Below, piece by piece: positions 9,938 through 18,372 of a stretch of DNA of 64,000 bases (within the stretch, counting starts at the first letter, position 1; each line of letters opens with the position of its first letter). Under the pieces are notes generated by a model. It saw only the letters and a list, made by a program, of their open reading frames with translations. It was not told where the DNA came from and did no database searches. The stretch is from Pseudomonadales bacterium (lineage in GTDB: Bacteria; Pseudomonadota; Gammaproteobacteria; Pseudomonadales; UBA7434). A program made the translations under genes and the position numbers. The stretch is taken from NCBI GenBank assembly GCA_965659815.1, contig CBFHXO010000001.1, forward strand, positions 73,368 through 137,367, read 5' to 3'.

Positions 9938-10564
9938 TTAGCGCTCCCTTGAATATTTAATTAGGTGTTTTAAATCTTGCAGGATCAGGCCACCCTCATG
10001 ATGATCAAGGTAGGCCATCATTGCCCAGCCTTGCGGGTCAACCAAAAAAAACCGGGCGCTGGCCTGTTCGGGGCCGGTTTTAGCGAGCACCGTATCAAGC
10101 GCCGATAGCTGCGCCGGGCTTGCCACGGCAACTTTTATATAGCGATGCTCAGCATCTAACAATGTTTGCAATTCCTCAGCAATGGGCGCATCACTTAAGT
10201 ACACTCGCTGCGCGCGGTTGGCGTTTTTATCCAGCCGAACATGTAACTGCCGGGTCAGATAAAGCGTATCAACACAGCGCTGGTCACAGCTGCCGCTTCC
10301 GCGAATAACCAAGCTCCAGTGCTTATCCCAAAGCTCAGGAAATGTAGAATTATGGCTGTTATTGGTAGTCGGCGCTAACTCACTTAGCTGTAGCGGAGGA
10401 CGAATCAGCTCACCATGGTTCTTACTGCCAATACTGATATAGCCAAACTGCACCATGGCGTAGACGACCGCGGCAATCGCCATCAGCCCAAAGGGCACTA
10501 GCCAAAGTATTAGTAACTTGATCCTGTTCGCTCGAATTTCCTCGGGACTAAATGTTTTTGCCAT
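9938..10564 (-). CDS. Membrane-anchored thioredoxin-fold/Sco-like protein with a CxxxC motif; conserved cox-locus protein of unknown function
   Basis: One N-terminal TM helix. HWSLVIRGSGSCDQRCVDTLY parallels the SCO segment [20 protein letters not shown]. The C-terminal FFLVDPQGWAMMAY resembles the SCO LIDPQG segment. It sits between SURF1 and ctaA. Confidence 0.6.
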   Translation of the reverse strand: MAKTFSPEEIRANRIKLLILWLVPFGLMAIAAVVYAMVQFGYISIGSKNHGELIRPPLQLSELAPTTNNSHNSTFPELWDKHWSLVIRGSGSCDQRCVDTLYLTRQLHVRLDKNANRAQRVYLSDAPIAEELQTLLDAEHRYIKVAVASPAQLSALDTVLAKTGPEQASARFFLVDPQGWAMMAYLDHHEGGLILQDLKHLIKYSRER

Positions 10565-10661
10565 CGGGGTGAGTACCTAAACTTGTGAGATCCTGTCGTT
10601 AAAACTGAGTGATAAACCTGTTGCTCTGACTAATGCCGGCAAGGCCTGGCTATCCACCTGG

Positions 10662-11393
10662 CTATGGCTTTTCGGCTCGACGGATTGACGAGTACAGCCA
10701 GAACAGCGTCAATACCGCCGCCATTAAAAACCATTGCACCGCATAACCCCAGTGCTTTTCCGGGCGGGTATTAATCGGAGCCCAATCGATGATTAGCGCA
10801 GTGCTGGAAGTGGGTTCAAGCCGAACAGAGTAGGGCAATAAGTCCATCCCTAATACGGTAGAAAGGCGCTGCATATCCTCCCATTGTACGACCAAAGGCC
10901 ACTGGTCCGACCACTTATCATTCGCTAAAAGTACAGGCTGGCCCAGCGGCACATGTAATTTGCCTAATAACTCTACTTCACCCGTAACAGCAGGCACCAG
11001 AGGCAATTGCCTGCGGTCGGGGCTGCCTTCGATCCAGCCACGATTGACCAGCAGCGTCTGGCCAGCGTTGGTAGTAAACGGGGCCAGTACTTCATAGCCC
11101 ACTACGCCGTTGTAAATGCGGTTATCCAGCAATACCAGCCGCTGGTTATCAAATCGGCCTGTAAAGCGAACACGTTGGTAGAGCGGCTCAGACGAGGCCA
11201 CTAATGCCTCAATATCCACCGCACTCAGTGCTACAGGCGCCTGTTCGCCCTGCTGTTGATATTGCTGTTGTAGCAATTGCTTTTCTTCGCCACGCTGCAA
11301 TTGCCAAAAACCCAGCCGTAACAGCAGTGGCAGCATAATCACGACCAACAACAGGATTTTCCAGTTGGAATCCCAACGATAAGCTGCAATCAT
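10662..11393 (-). CDS. SURF1/Shy1 cytochrome oxidase assembly protein
   Basis: TM helices at both termini, with RLGFWQLQRG and VNRGWI motifs typical of SURF1. Confidence 0.88.
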   Translation of the reverse strand: MIAAYRWDSNWKILLLVVIMLPLLLRLGFWQLQRGEEKQLLQQQYQQQGEQAPVALSAVDIEALVASSEPLYQRVRFTGRFDNQRLVLLDNRIYNGVVGYEVLAPFTTNAGQTLLVNRGWIEGSPDRRQLPLVPAVTGEVELLGKLHVPLGQPVLLANDKWSDQWPLVVQWEDMQRLSTVLGMDLLPYSVRLEPTSSTALIIDWAPINTRPEKHWGYAVQWFLMAAVLTLFWLYSSIRRAEKP

Positions 11394-11496
11394 AGCGACG
11401 CTAACCGGGTCGAAATCCTAATACACGGCCTCAACGTATTAACCTCGTAACTTCACAGCGCTTGCGACGCGCGAACATAAACCTAACGGTACCTCT

Positions 11497-11781
11497 ATGC
11501 TTTTAAAGTTCATCATTGTCATTCTATTAATCGGCTTGATTATCAGCCTCGGCAGCGGTTTAGTGTTTCTATTTAAAGACGTCGGCTCAACACGCCGCAC
11601 GTTGAACTCACTGGGCGTGAGGATTGCGCTGGCCACTGCATTAATGGCGACTACTGTTTATGGATTTTACTCAGGACAACTAGAAGTGGGGGCGCCGTGG
11701 GATGCGCGTAAGTACACATCCCCCCAGCAGCAGGAAAACCTAAACCAGCAACAATCAAACAATATAAACAAAGAAGAATAG
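11497..11781 (+). CDS. Twin-transmembrane small protein (DUF2909-like) of cox loci
   Basis: Two hydrophobic helices in the first ~60 aa, and opposite orientation inside the cox locus, as I recall for the Pseudomonas equivalent. The Q/N-rich tail overlaps the coxC 3' end by 27 nt. Confidence 0.6.
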   Translation: MLLKFIIVILLIGLIISLGSGLVFLFKDVGSTRRTLNSLGVRIALATALMATTVYGFYSGQLEVGAPWDARKYTSPQQQENLNQQQSNNINKEE

Positions 11782-12711
11782 GCAAACCCACACAACGTCA
11801 ACAAAATGCCAGTACCACGATGCGGCTTCAAAACCGAAGCAATCTTCATGCGAAAAGTGGCCCTTTTGTGCGCGCAAAAACATAATCAGCAGCATAGTCA
11901 TACCAAGAAATACATGGAAGCCGTGAAAGCCGGTAAGCATAAAGAACGTTGTACCATAAATGCCGCTCTCAAGCGTTAAACCCATTTCGACATAAGCGTG
12001 GTGATACTCAAGGTACTGTAGGTATAAAAACACCACCGCCAAGGCAACAGTGATAAACAACCACAGTTTAAATTGGCTGCGGTTATCATTCTTTAAACCT
12101 ACGTGGGCGATATGTACGGTTACCGACGACGACAAGAGGATAATGGTGTTCCACATTGGTAGCCAGCTAAAGATACCGCTCGGCGCATCGGCAGGATACA
12201 TGCTATTGCCTTCACCGGCACCCACAAACGCAGCCTTACCCGCATTAACTACTTGGTCGGGGGTTTCCATTACCGGCCAAGTAAATTTGTACGTGTCCCA
12301 AAGCAGACTCATAAACTGGCCTTTGTCGCCTTCACCGCCTAACCATGGGCCGGCGAGATTACGCACATAAAACAACGCACCGAAGAAGGCGAAAAAGAAC
12401 ATCACCTCAGAGAAAATAAACCAACCCATGCCCCAAACATAGCTGCGCTTAAGCTGCATGCTGTTTAAGCCTTGCATATTTTCAGTAATGGCCTGGCGGA
12501 ACCAGAAAAACAATACGGCGCTCAGCATGGCAAAACCCGCTAATGCGATATAGCGGCCCGCACCTGCCGATTGAGCAGACAACTCATTAAAGAAGGTACC
12601 CATACCAAATACCATGACGAACAAACCAATGCTCGCCAAAATGGGGAATGCCGATTGCTCAGGCACATAATAGTGTTCGTAGCCTTCTACATTGTTGGAG
12701 TCGCTAGACAT
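11755..12711 (-). CDS. coxC: Cytochrome c oxidase subunit III
   Basis: Seven-helix protein ending in the subunit III signature WYWHFVDVVW. Confidence 0.95.
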   Translation of the reverse strand: MSSDSNNVEGYEHYYVPEQSAFPILASIGLFVMVFGMGTFFNELSAQSAGAGRYIALAGFAMLSAVLFFWFRQAITENMQGLNSMQLKRSYVWGMGWFIFSEVMFFFAFFGALFYVRNLAGPWLGGEGDKGQFMSLLWDTYKFTWPVMETPDQVVNAGKAAFVGAGEGNSMYPADAPSGIFSWLPMWNTIILLSSSVTVHIAHVGLKNDNRSQFKLWLFITVALAVVFLYLQYLEYHHAYVEMGLTLESGIYGTTFFMLTGFHGFHVFLGMTMLLIMFLRAQKGHFSHEDCFGFEAASWYWHFVDVVWVCLFFFVYIV

Positions 12712-12840
12712 TGATTCTCTCCGTTTTACTGTTTGGTAGCGGTTTTGCGTTGCTCTTTAATCGCAAGTTCACTGCGTTAATTACTTAATCTAATCGTTGT
12801 TATAAAAACTGTTTTACTACTACATCCCGTCGCCGCTGGA

Positions 12841-13413
12841 TTAGCGCGACGCCAGGCTATCAACCGCAATCACACCAGTTTCGGTGACATCAAACAAGGT
12901 ATAGGACAGGGTAATTGTCTTCACATTGTCCGGCACATCACGATCAACGATAAACTTCAGCGGCATATCGACAGCTTCACCACCGGTTAATATTTGCTGA
13001 TTAAAACAAAAACATTCCGTTTTATGAAAATACGCGGCTGCTCGACCTGGCGAAACACTAGGAATTGCCTGACCAATCATTTCTTTGGCCGAGGGGTTGC
13101 GTGCGTAAAACGTGGTTTCGATTTCTTGCCCGGGGTGAACCTTGACCTTAAAAACCTCGGGGCGAAACTCCCACTGCATGTTTTCATTGTTGGTCGCGAC
13201 AAACTGAACCGTAATCTGACGGCTGGTATCAATAAGCTCTGCAACCGGCACAAAGGCTTCGGTATTGGTTTTGCCATTTAAACCGGTGACGTCGCAGAAC
13301 AAGTCATACAACGGCACCAGCGCAAAACCAAAGCCAAACATGCCTACTGTCACCAGCAACAAACGAGCCACCAAGGTGCGTAGCGGGGTTGCAGTTTCAG
13401 TTTCAGTAGCCAT
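12841..13413 (-). CDS. ctaG: Cytochrome c oxidase assembly protein CtaG/Cox11
   Basis: N-terminal TM helix and the copper-binding CFCF motif (HKTECFCFNQQ). Confidence 0.93.
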   Translation of the reverse strand: MATETETATPLRTLVARLLLVTVGMFGFGFALVPLYDLFCDVTGLNGKTNTEAFVPVAELIDTSRQITVQFVATNNENMQWEFRPEVFKVKVHPGQEIETTFYARNPSAKEMIGQAIPSVSPGRAAAYFHKTECFCFNQQILTGGEAVDMPLKFIVDRDVPDNVKTITLSYTLFDVTETGVIAVDSLASR

Positions 13414-13448
13414 GATTATTACCTCTTAATCGCTTAACACGTCACCAA

Positions 13449-15002
13449 CTACTTAACCGCAGGCGGAGTAGTAAAGGTGTGGTATGGGGCAGGCGATGGA
13501 ACCGTCCACTCCAAACCTTCAGGGTTATCCCAAACTTCATCAGTGGCTTTTTGGCCGCCGCGAATCGTCTTGATAACTATAAACAAGAAGAACACCTGAC
13601 TAAAGCCAAACAGGAACGCGCCCATACTGGCAATCTGGTTAAAGTCAGCAAACTGTAATGCATAGTCAGGGATGCGACGTGGCATACCCGCCAGACCAAC
13701 AAAGTGCATGGGGAAGAACGTCACGTTCAGGCCAACAAACGACAACCAGAAGTGCGCTTTACCCAAACGCTCGTCATACATATTGCCACACCACTTAGGC
13801 AACCAGTAGTAAACCGCAGCAAAGATCGAGAAGATCGCGCCCGGTACCAGTACGTAATGGAAGTGAGCAACAACAAAGTAGGTATCGTGATACTGGAAGT
13901 CAGCCGGCGCAATTGCCAGCATCAGGCCAGAGAAGCCGCCAATGGTAAACAGAATGACAAATGCAATTGCGAACAGCATCGGCGTCTCAAAGGTCATTGA
14001 GCCACGGAACATGGTGGTGACCCAGTTAAACACCTTAACACCCGTTGGCACTGCAATCAGCATGGTGGCATACATAAAGAACAACTCACCGGCAATTGGC
14101 ATACCCACGGTAAACATATGGTGAGCCCATACGATAAACGACAGGAAAGCAATCGATGCAGTTGCATACACCATAGAGGCATAGCCAAACAGCGGCTTAC
14201 GCGCAAAAGTTGGAATAATTGCTGAGGCCACACCGAAGGCGGGCAGAATCATGATGTAAACCTCAGGATGACCAAAGAACCAGAACACGTGCTGGAATAA
14301 TACCGGGTCACCACCACCTGCGGCACTAAAGAAGCTGGTGCCGAAGTGGATATCCATTAACATCATGGTCACACACCCTGCCAATACTGGCATTACCGCT
14401 ATCAGCAGATAAGCGGTGATTAACCAGGTCCAAACGAACAGGGGCATTTTCATTAATGTCATGCCCGGTGCACGCATATTCAAGATCGTCGCAATGATAT
14501 TAATAGAGCCCATAATCGATGAGGCACCCATAATGTGAATGGCGAAGATAAAGTAGGTTACGCTAGGCGGAGCATAAGTTGTTGAAAGCGGCGCGTAGAA
14601 AGTCCAACCAAAGTTGGGGCCGCCACCTTCCATGAACAGTGTTGATGCCAGCATGGCGAAGGCAAACGGAAGAATCCAGAAACTCCAGTTATTCATTCGC
14701 GGCAAAGCCATATCCGGCGCACCCACCATCATGGGAATTAGCCAGTTAGCTAAACCGACGAAAGCCGGCATAACCGCACCGAATACCATCACCAACCCGT
14801 GCATGGTGGTCATTTGGTTGAAGAATTCAGGCTCAACCAATTGCAAACCCGGCTGGAATAACTCAGCACGAATAACCAGCGCAAATACGCCGCCCAATAA
14901 AAACATGGCAAAACTAAACCATAAATACATTGAGCCTATATCTTTGTGGTTAGTAGTAAATAACCAGCGCCCAAAACCTTTTGCAGGACCGTGATCACCC
15001 AT
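13449..15002 (-). CDS. coxA: Cytochrome c oxidase subunit I
   Basis: 517-aa heme-copper oxidase with WFFGHPEVYI and WAHHMF motifs. Confidence 0.97.
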   Translation of the reverse strand: MGDHGPAKGFGRWLFTTNHKDIGSMYLWFSFAMFLLGGVFALVIRAELFQPGLQLVEPEFFNQMTTMHGLVMVFGAVMPAFVGLANWLIPMMVGAPDMALPRMNNWSFWILPFAFAMLASTLFMEGGGPNFGWTFYAPLSTTYAPPSVTYFIFAIHIMGASSIMGSINIIATILNMRAPGMTLMKMPLFVWTWLITAYLLIAVMPVLAGCVTMMLMDIHFGTSFFSAAGGGDPVLFQHVFWFFGHPEVYIMILPAFGVASAIIPTFARKPLFGYASMVYATASIAFLSFIVWAHHMFTVGMPIAGELFFMYATMLIAVPTGVKVFNWVTTMFRGSMTFETPMLFAIAFVILFTIGGFSGLMLAIAPADFQYHDTYFVVAHFHYVLVPGAIFSIFAAVYYWLPKWCGNMYDERLGKAHFWLSFVGLNVTFFPMHFVGLAGMPRRIPDYALQFADFNQIASMGAFLFGFSQVFFLFIVIKTIRGGQKATDEVWDNPEGLEWTVPSPAPYHTFTTPPAVK

Positions 15003-15015
15003 TAGTCGGTGCCCC

Positions 15016-16200
15016 CTATTGATTTTTCTTGAAAGTTAAAATATCGACCGGCTGGAGCTGATCACCCATATTGTTACCCCAAGCGTTACGCTTGAAGGTG
15101 ATAACAGAAGCTAAGTCGATGTTATTCAGTTGATTGCCAAATACTGGCATCACTGCGTTACCGGCAACGCCATTAACCATGACGTCAATATGCGCATCGA
15201 TCGGCCCAGTAACTATGCCGGTGCCGACAAGCGATGGCCCAAGTCCGCCTTCGCCAGCGGCACCATGACAGGCTACGCAGTTAGCCTGGTAAACCTGCTC
15301 GCCGCGCGCGTACAACTCCTTCATTGTGAAGGTTTGCGACATGGCGGCTTTTAACTCTGCAGCCTCTTGCTTCTTGCCAGCAATCCAGTCGTTGTAGTCA
15401 GTCTCTTCCATTGCCTTGACCACGATCGGCATAAAGCCGTGCTCCTTGCCACATAACTCTGCGCACTGACCGCGATAAATGCCAGGCTCCTCGACAATCG
15501 TCCATGCATCATTGATGTAACCGGGAATGGCGTCTCGCTTAACCGCCAAGTCGGGAACCCACCAGGCATGCAATACATCATTAGCCGTAATCAGGAAGCG
15601 TACTTTTTTGTTCACCGGGATTACCAACGGCTCGTCGACTTCGAGCAAATAGTGCTCACCTTTTGGAGCCAAACCGTAAATTTCATCTCTAGGTGTACTT
15701 AAGTTACTGAAAAAGCTCACGTCTTCGCCAAGGTACTCATACTGCCATTTCCACTGATAGCCAACGATTTTGATGTCGAGATCAGCTTCAGAGCTGTCAT
15801 AGATTTTTATTAGCGTAGTCGTTGCCGGAAATGCCATGGCAACCAGAATGATGGCCGGGATAATGGTCCAGGCCAGCTCAACGATGGTGCTTTCGTGGAA
15901 CTTGGCCGGAATGACACCAGCAGATTTACGGTGCATGATCATAGAGTAGAACATGATGCCGAATACGATGACACCGATCCAAACGCAAATCCAAAAAATC
16001 AGCATATGCAGGTCGTAGACTTCACGACTGACGGCCGTCACACCTTCGGTCATGTTCAACCCCCATCGCTGGGCTTCATTCACCGCTGAGTCACTTGCAG
16101 CAGCAGCCCTAGCACTGGTTGCCAGCAGCGCTGGTAACATTAACGCCTGGCTCAATACCAAGAAGAGCTTGTTGGCAAGCTGTTTGGCTATTAAACGCAT
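15016..16200 (-). CDS. coxB: Cytochrome c oxidase subunit II with fused C-terminal cytochrome c domain
   Basis: Signal peptide plus two TM helices, CuA site CAELCGKEHGFM, and C-terminal heme c motif CVACHG. Confidence 0.95.
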   Translation of the reverse strand: MRLIAKQLANKLFLVLSQALMLPALLATSARAAAASDSAVNEAQRWGLNMTEGVTAVSREVYDLHMLIFWICVWIGVIVFGIMFYSMIMHRKSAGVIPAKFHESTIVELAWTIIPAIILVAMAFPATTTLIKIYDSSEADLDIKIVGYQWKWQYEYLGEDVSFFSNLSTPRDEIYGLAPKGEHYLLEVDEPLVIPVNKKVRFLITANDVLHAWWVPDLAVKRDAIPGYINDAWTIVEEPGIYRGQCAELCGKEHGFMPIVVKAMEETDYNDWIAGKKQEAAELKAAMSQTFTMKELYARGEQVYQANCVACHGAAGEGGLGPSLVGTGIVTGPIDAHIDVMVNGVAGNAVMPVFGNQLNNIDLASVITFKRNAWGNNMGDQLQPVDILTFKKNQ

Positions 16201-16717
16201 AATCCCCGATCTCCTAAAACTAATATAAATGTCGACTCTTTTGTATGTCGGCTCGCTGTCATCATGACTGTCTCAACGGCTGTCTCATTTTCGCTCGGCG
16301 ACCGATTATCGATGCTGTCAAGCAAGTTTCTGACACAAGAGCGCAACGACCGGCTGATAATGCGCCGATAGCGTGTTTTTTGCTTCAGTTCGATACTTCG
16401 TATTTAGACTGCGCCCATCCATTTCTTTAAACTGACTGCTCGGTGCCTATATATTTGTTGCGTATATAAGGTGCCTTTGTGGGACGCGATGCTGGAACAA
16501 CAAGCTTCTGCACGGATTAAGTGCGACAAAACGCCACAATTATAACAAAGGAAACAAATAACGCGCCATCACAGCATCGATATAATCACTATGAATCGCC
16601 GTTGTCCGCAGAAATACCAATTTCTGCATCGGCATCAACACAAACTACTGAAAAGACTTGCCTCCAAATGCGCCTCTTCACGATAAAGTGGTCAAATAGT
16701 CGCCTGGCTGAATTGCC

Positions 16718-18061
16718 TTGACGCGTTTGGCCAATCAAAAAGTCTGGGCGATCGCCTGGCCGATGATGCTGACCAGTATGTCAGTGCCTTTGCTGGGCCT
16801 GGTCGATACCGCACTGCTGGGTCACCTCGACGGCGCCCGCTACCTCGCGGCCGTTGCGATAGGGGCCAATGTTATTGGCCTGCTGTACTGGAGCTTTGGT
16901 TTTTTGCGTACGGGCACAACCAGCCTGGTGGCACAAAGCCTCGGCAAGACAGGCAGTATCGGCAAAACAAATGCGGGCAGAAGCCCGGACCCAAACAGAG
17001 AAATCGATGGCATTATGTTCAGGGCCATGCTTATCGCTGCGGCGCTGGGCTTGGCAATCACTGTATTTACGCCGCTGCTACTCGATTGGATCGTTCAACT
17101 AATGAACGCCAGCGCCGATGCCGGCGCCCTGGCCGCCGAATATATCCGCATACGGGTTTTCTCGGCGCCCGCCGCTCTGGTCACTTATGTTATTTCCGGC
17201 TGGTTGGTTGGCACCCAGCGAGCCAAAGGAGCGCTGGCACTGGTATTAACCAGTAACCTGGTCAATATTGTGCTCGATGCCTGGTTTATCCTGGCGCTGG
17301 GTATGAAAAGCGAAGGCGCTGCACTGGCGTCGGTCATGGCCGAATACTGTAGCCTGGGGCTGGGTTTATTTATCGCTTTTCGCTACACCCGCATTTTTAA
17401 TATCCGGCGCTGGCGTGGCTGGCTGGTATTAAGCGACTTTTACCAGACCATGCGTATGAACTACCACTTGTTAATGCGCACCTTGTTGTTACTGTTTGCG
17501 CTCAATTTCTTTACCGCCCAGGGAGCCGCGCTAGGCGACAATATCCTGGCTGCCAACGCCATATTGTTACAGCTGGCCTTGCTCTCGGCGTATGTAATGG
17601 ATGGCTTTTCCTACGCTGCCGAAGCGCTTTGTGGCGAGAGCGCTGGGCGCAAACAGGTGCAAAGCTTTCATCGCTACGCAAGTATCTGCGGTGGCTGGAT
17701 ATTAGTGGCGGCCATGCTTTTTACCGTGGGCTACCTGTTTGCAGGCAGTTATATTGTTGCTTCGTTTACCGATGTGAGTGACATCAGGCTGACCGCCCAA
17801 CCTTACCTTTGCTGGCTGGTGGTCATGCCACTGGCGGGGGGACTGGCCTACTTACTCGACGGTGTATTTATTGGTGCAGGCGAAAGCCAGGTAATGCATT
17901 TGAGCATGTGGTTTTCGGTGGTAGTGATATTTCTACCGCTATGGTGGCTCAGCCAGGGTTGGGGCAATCACGGCTTATGGCTGGCCTTTGTATTGTTTAA
18001 CCTTGCCCGCGGCTTAAGTCTTGCCGCCTATTACCCTGGCTTGTTAAAGCGCCTGGGCTAA
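16718..18061 (+). CDS. dinF: MATE-family efflux transporter, DinF-like
   Basis: 12-TM protein whose N-terminus, WPMMLTSMSVPLLGLVDTALLGHL, aligns with the DinF N-terminus. A TTG start is inferred because there is no in-frame ATG near the N-terminus. Confidence 0.85.
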   Translation: MTRLANQKVWAIAWPMMLTSMSVPLLGLVDTALLGHLDGARYLAAVAIGANVIGLLYWSFGFLRTGTTSLVAQSLGKTGSIGKTNAGRSPDPNREIDGIMFRAMLIAAALGLAITVFTPLLLDWIVQLMNASADAGALAAEYIRIRVFSAPAALVTYVISGWLVGTQRAKGALALVLTSNLVNIVLDAWFILALGMKSEGAALASVMAEYCSLGLGLFIAFRYTRIFNIRRWRGWLVLSDFYQTMRMNYHLLMRTLLLLFALNFFTAQGAALGDNILAANAILLQLALLSAYVMDGFSYAAEALCGESAGRKQVQSFHRYASICGGWILVAAMLFTVGYLFAGSYIVASFTDVSDIRLTAQPYLCWLVVMPLAGGLAYLLDGVFIGAGESQVMHLSMWFSVVVIFLPLWWLSQGWGNHGLWLAFVLFNLARGLSLAAYYPGLLKRLG

Positions 18062-18111
18062 GCGCCTTTTTAGTTATGCCTCACCTTTAAAATTAAGGGT
18101 CGTCTTTTCAG

Positions 18112-18372
18112 TCAAGAGTCATTCTTTGGGTCAATCAATTTAACCGGCTCATAGGCAACCTCGTGCGCCAGCGGTTGTTCACCGGGTTTATTCTGGTTAA
18201 CGCGCGTGGGTATTTCGCGGCTGCCAGCAAAGGCGGTATCGTCAAACGGCTCGATAAAATCACAGCTAGCGCAGGCGCGCCATTTTTTACTGTCTTGTTG
18301 ATAAGTAAAAATCTTATCGCGTTGCTGGCATTGCGGACACAAAGCACCTGCAATAAATCGTTTGTTTTGCAT
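18112..18372 (-). CDS. yheV: YheV-family zinc-ribbon protein
   Basis: KRFIAGALCPQCQ...CASCDF matches the E. coli YheV N-terminus (KRFIAGAKCPACQ). Its ATG overlaps the prlC stop codon (TAATG). Confidence 0.85.
   Translation of the reverse strand: MQNKRFIAGALCPQCQQRDKIFTYQQDSKKWRACASCDFIEPFDDTAFAGSREIPTRVNQNKPGEQPLAHEVAYEPVKLIDPKNDS

Noticed and set aside
16245-16721. Two short ORFs (61 and 66 aa) in the coxB-dinF divergent spacer, plus a search for a LexA box upstream of dinF
   Set aside because: The ORFs lack SDs and motifs. I found no CTGT-N8-ACAG LexA operator: CTGTCATCATGACTGTC at ~16256 lacks the ACAG arm. SOS control of this dinF homologue is therefore unsupported. A GGTGCCT direct repeat flanking TATATA tracts (16442-16476) was noted but is too short to interpret.
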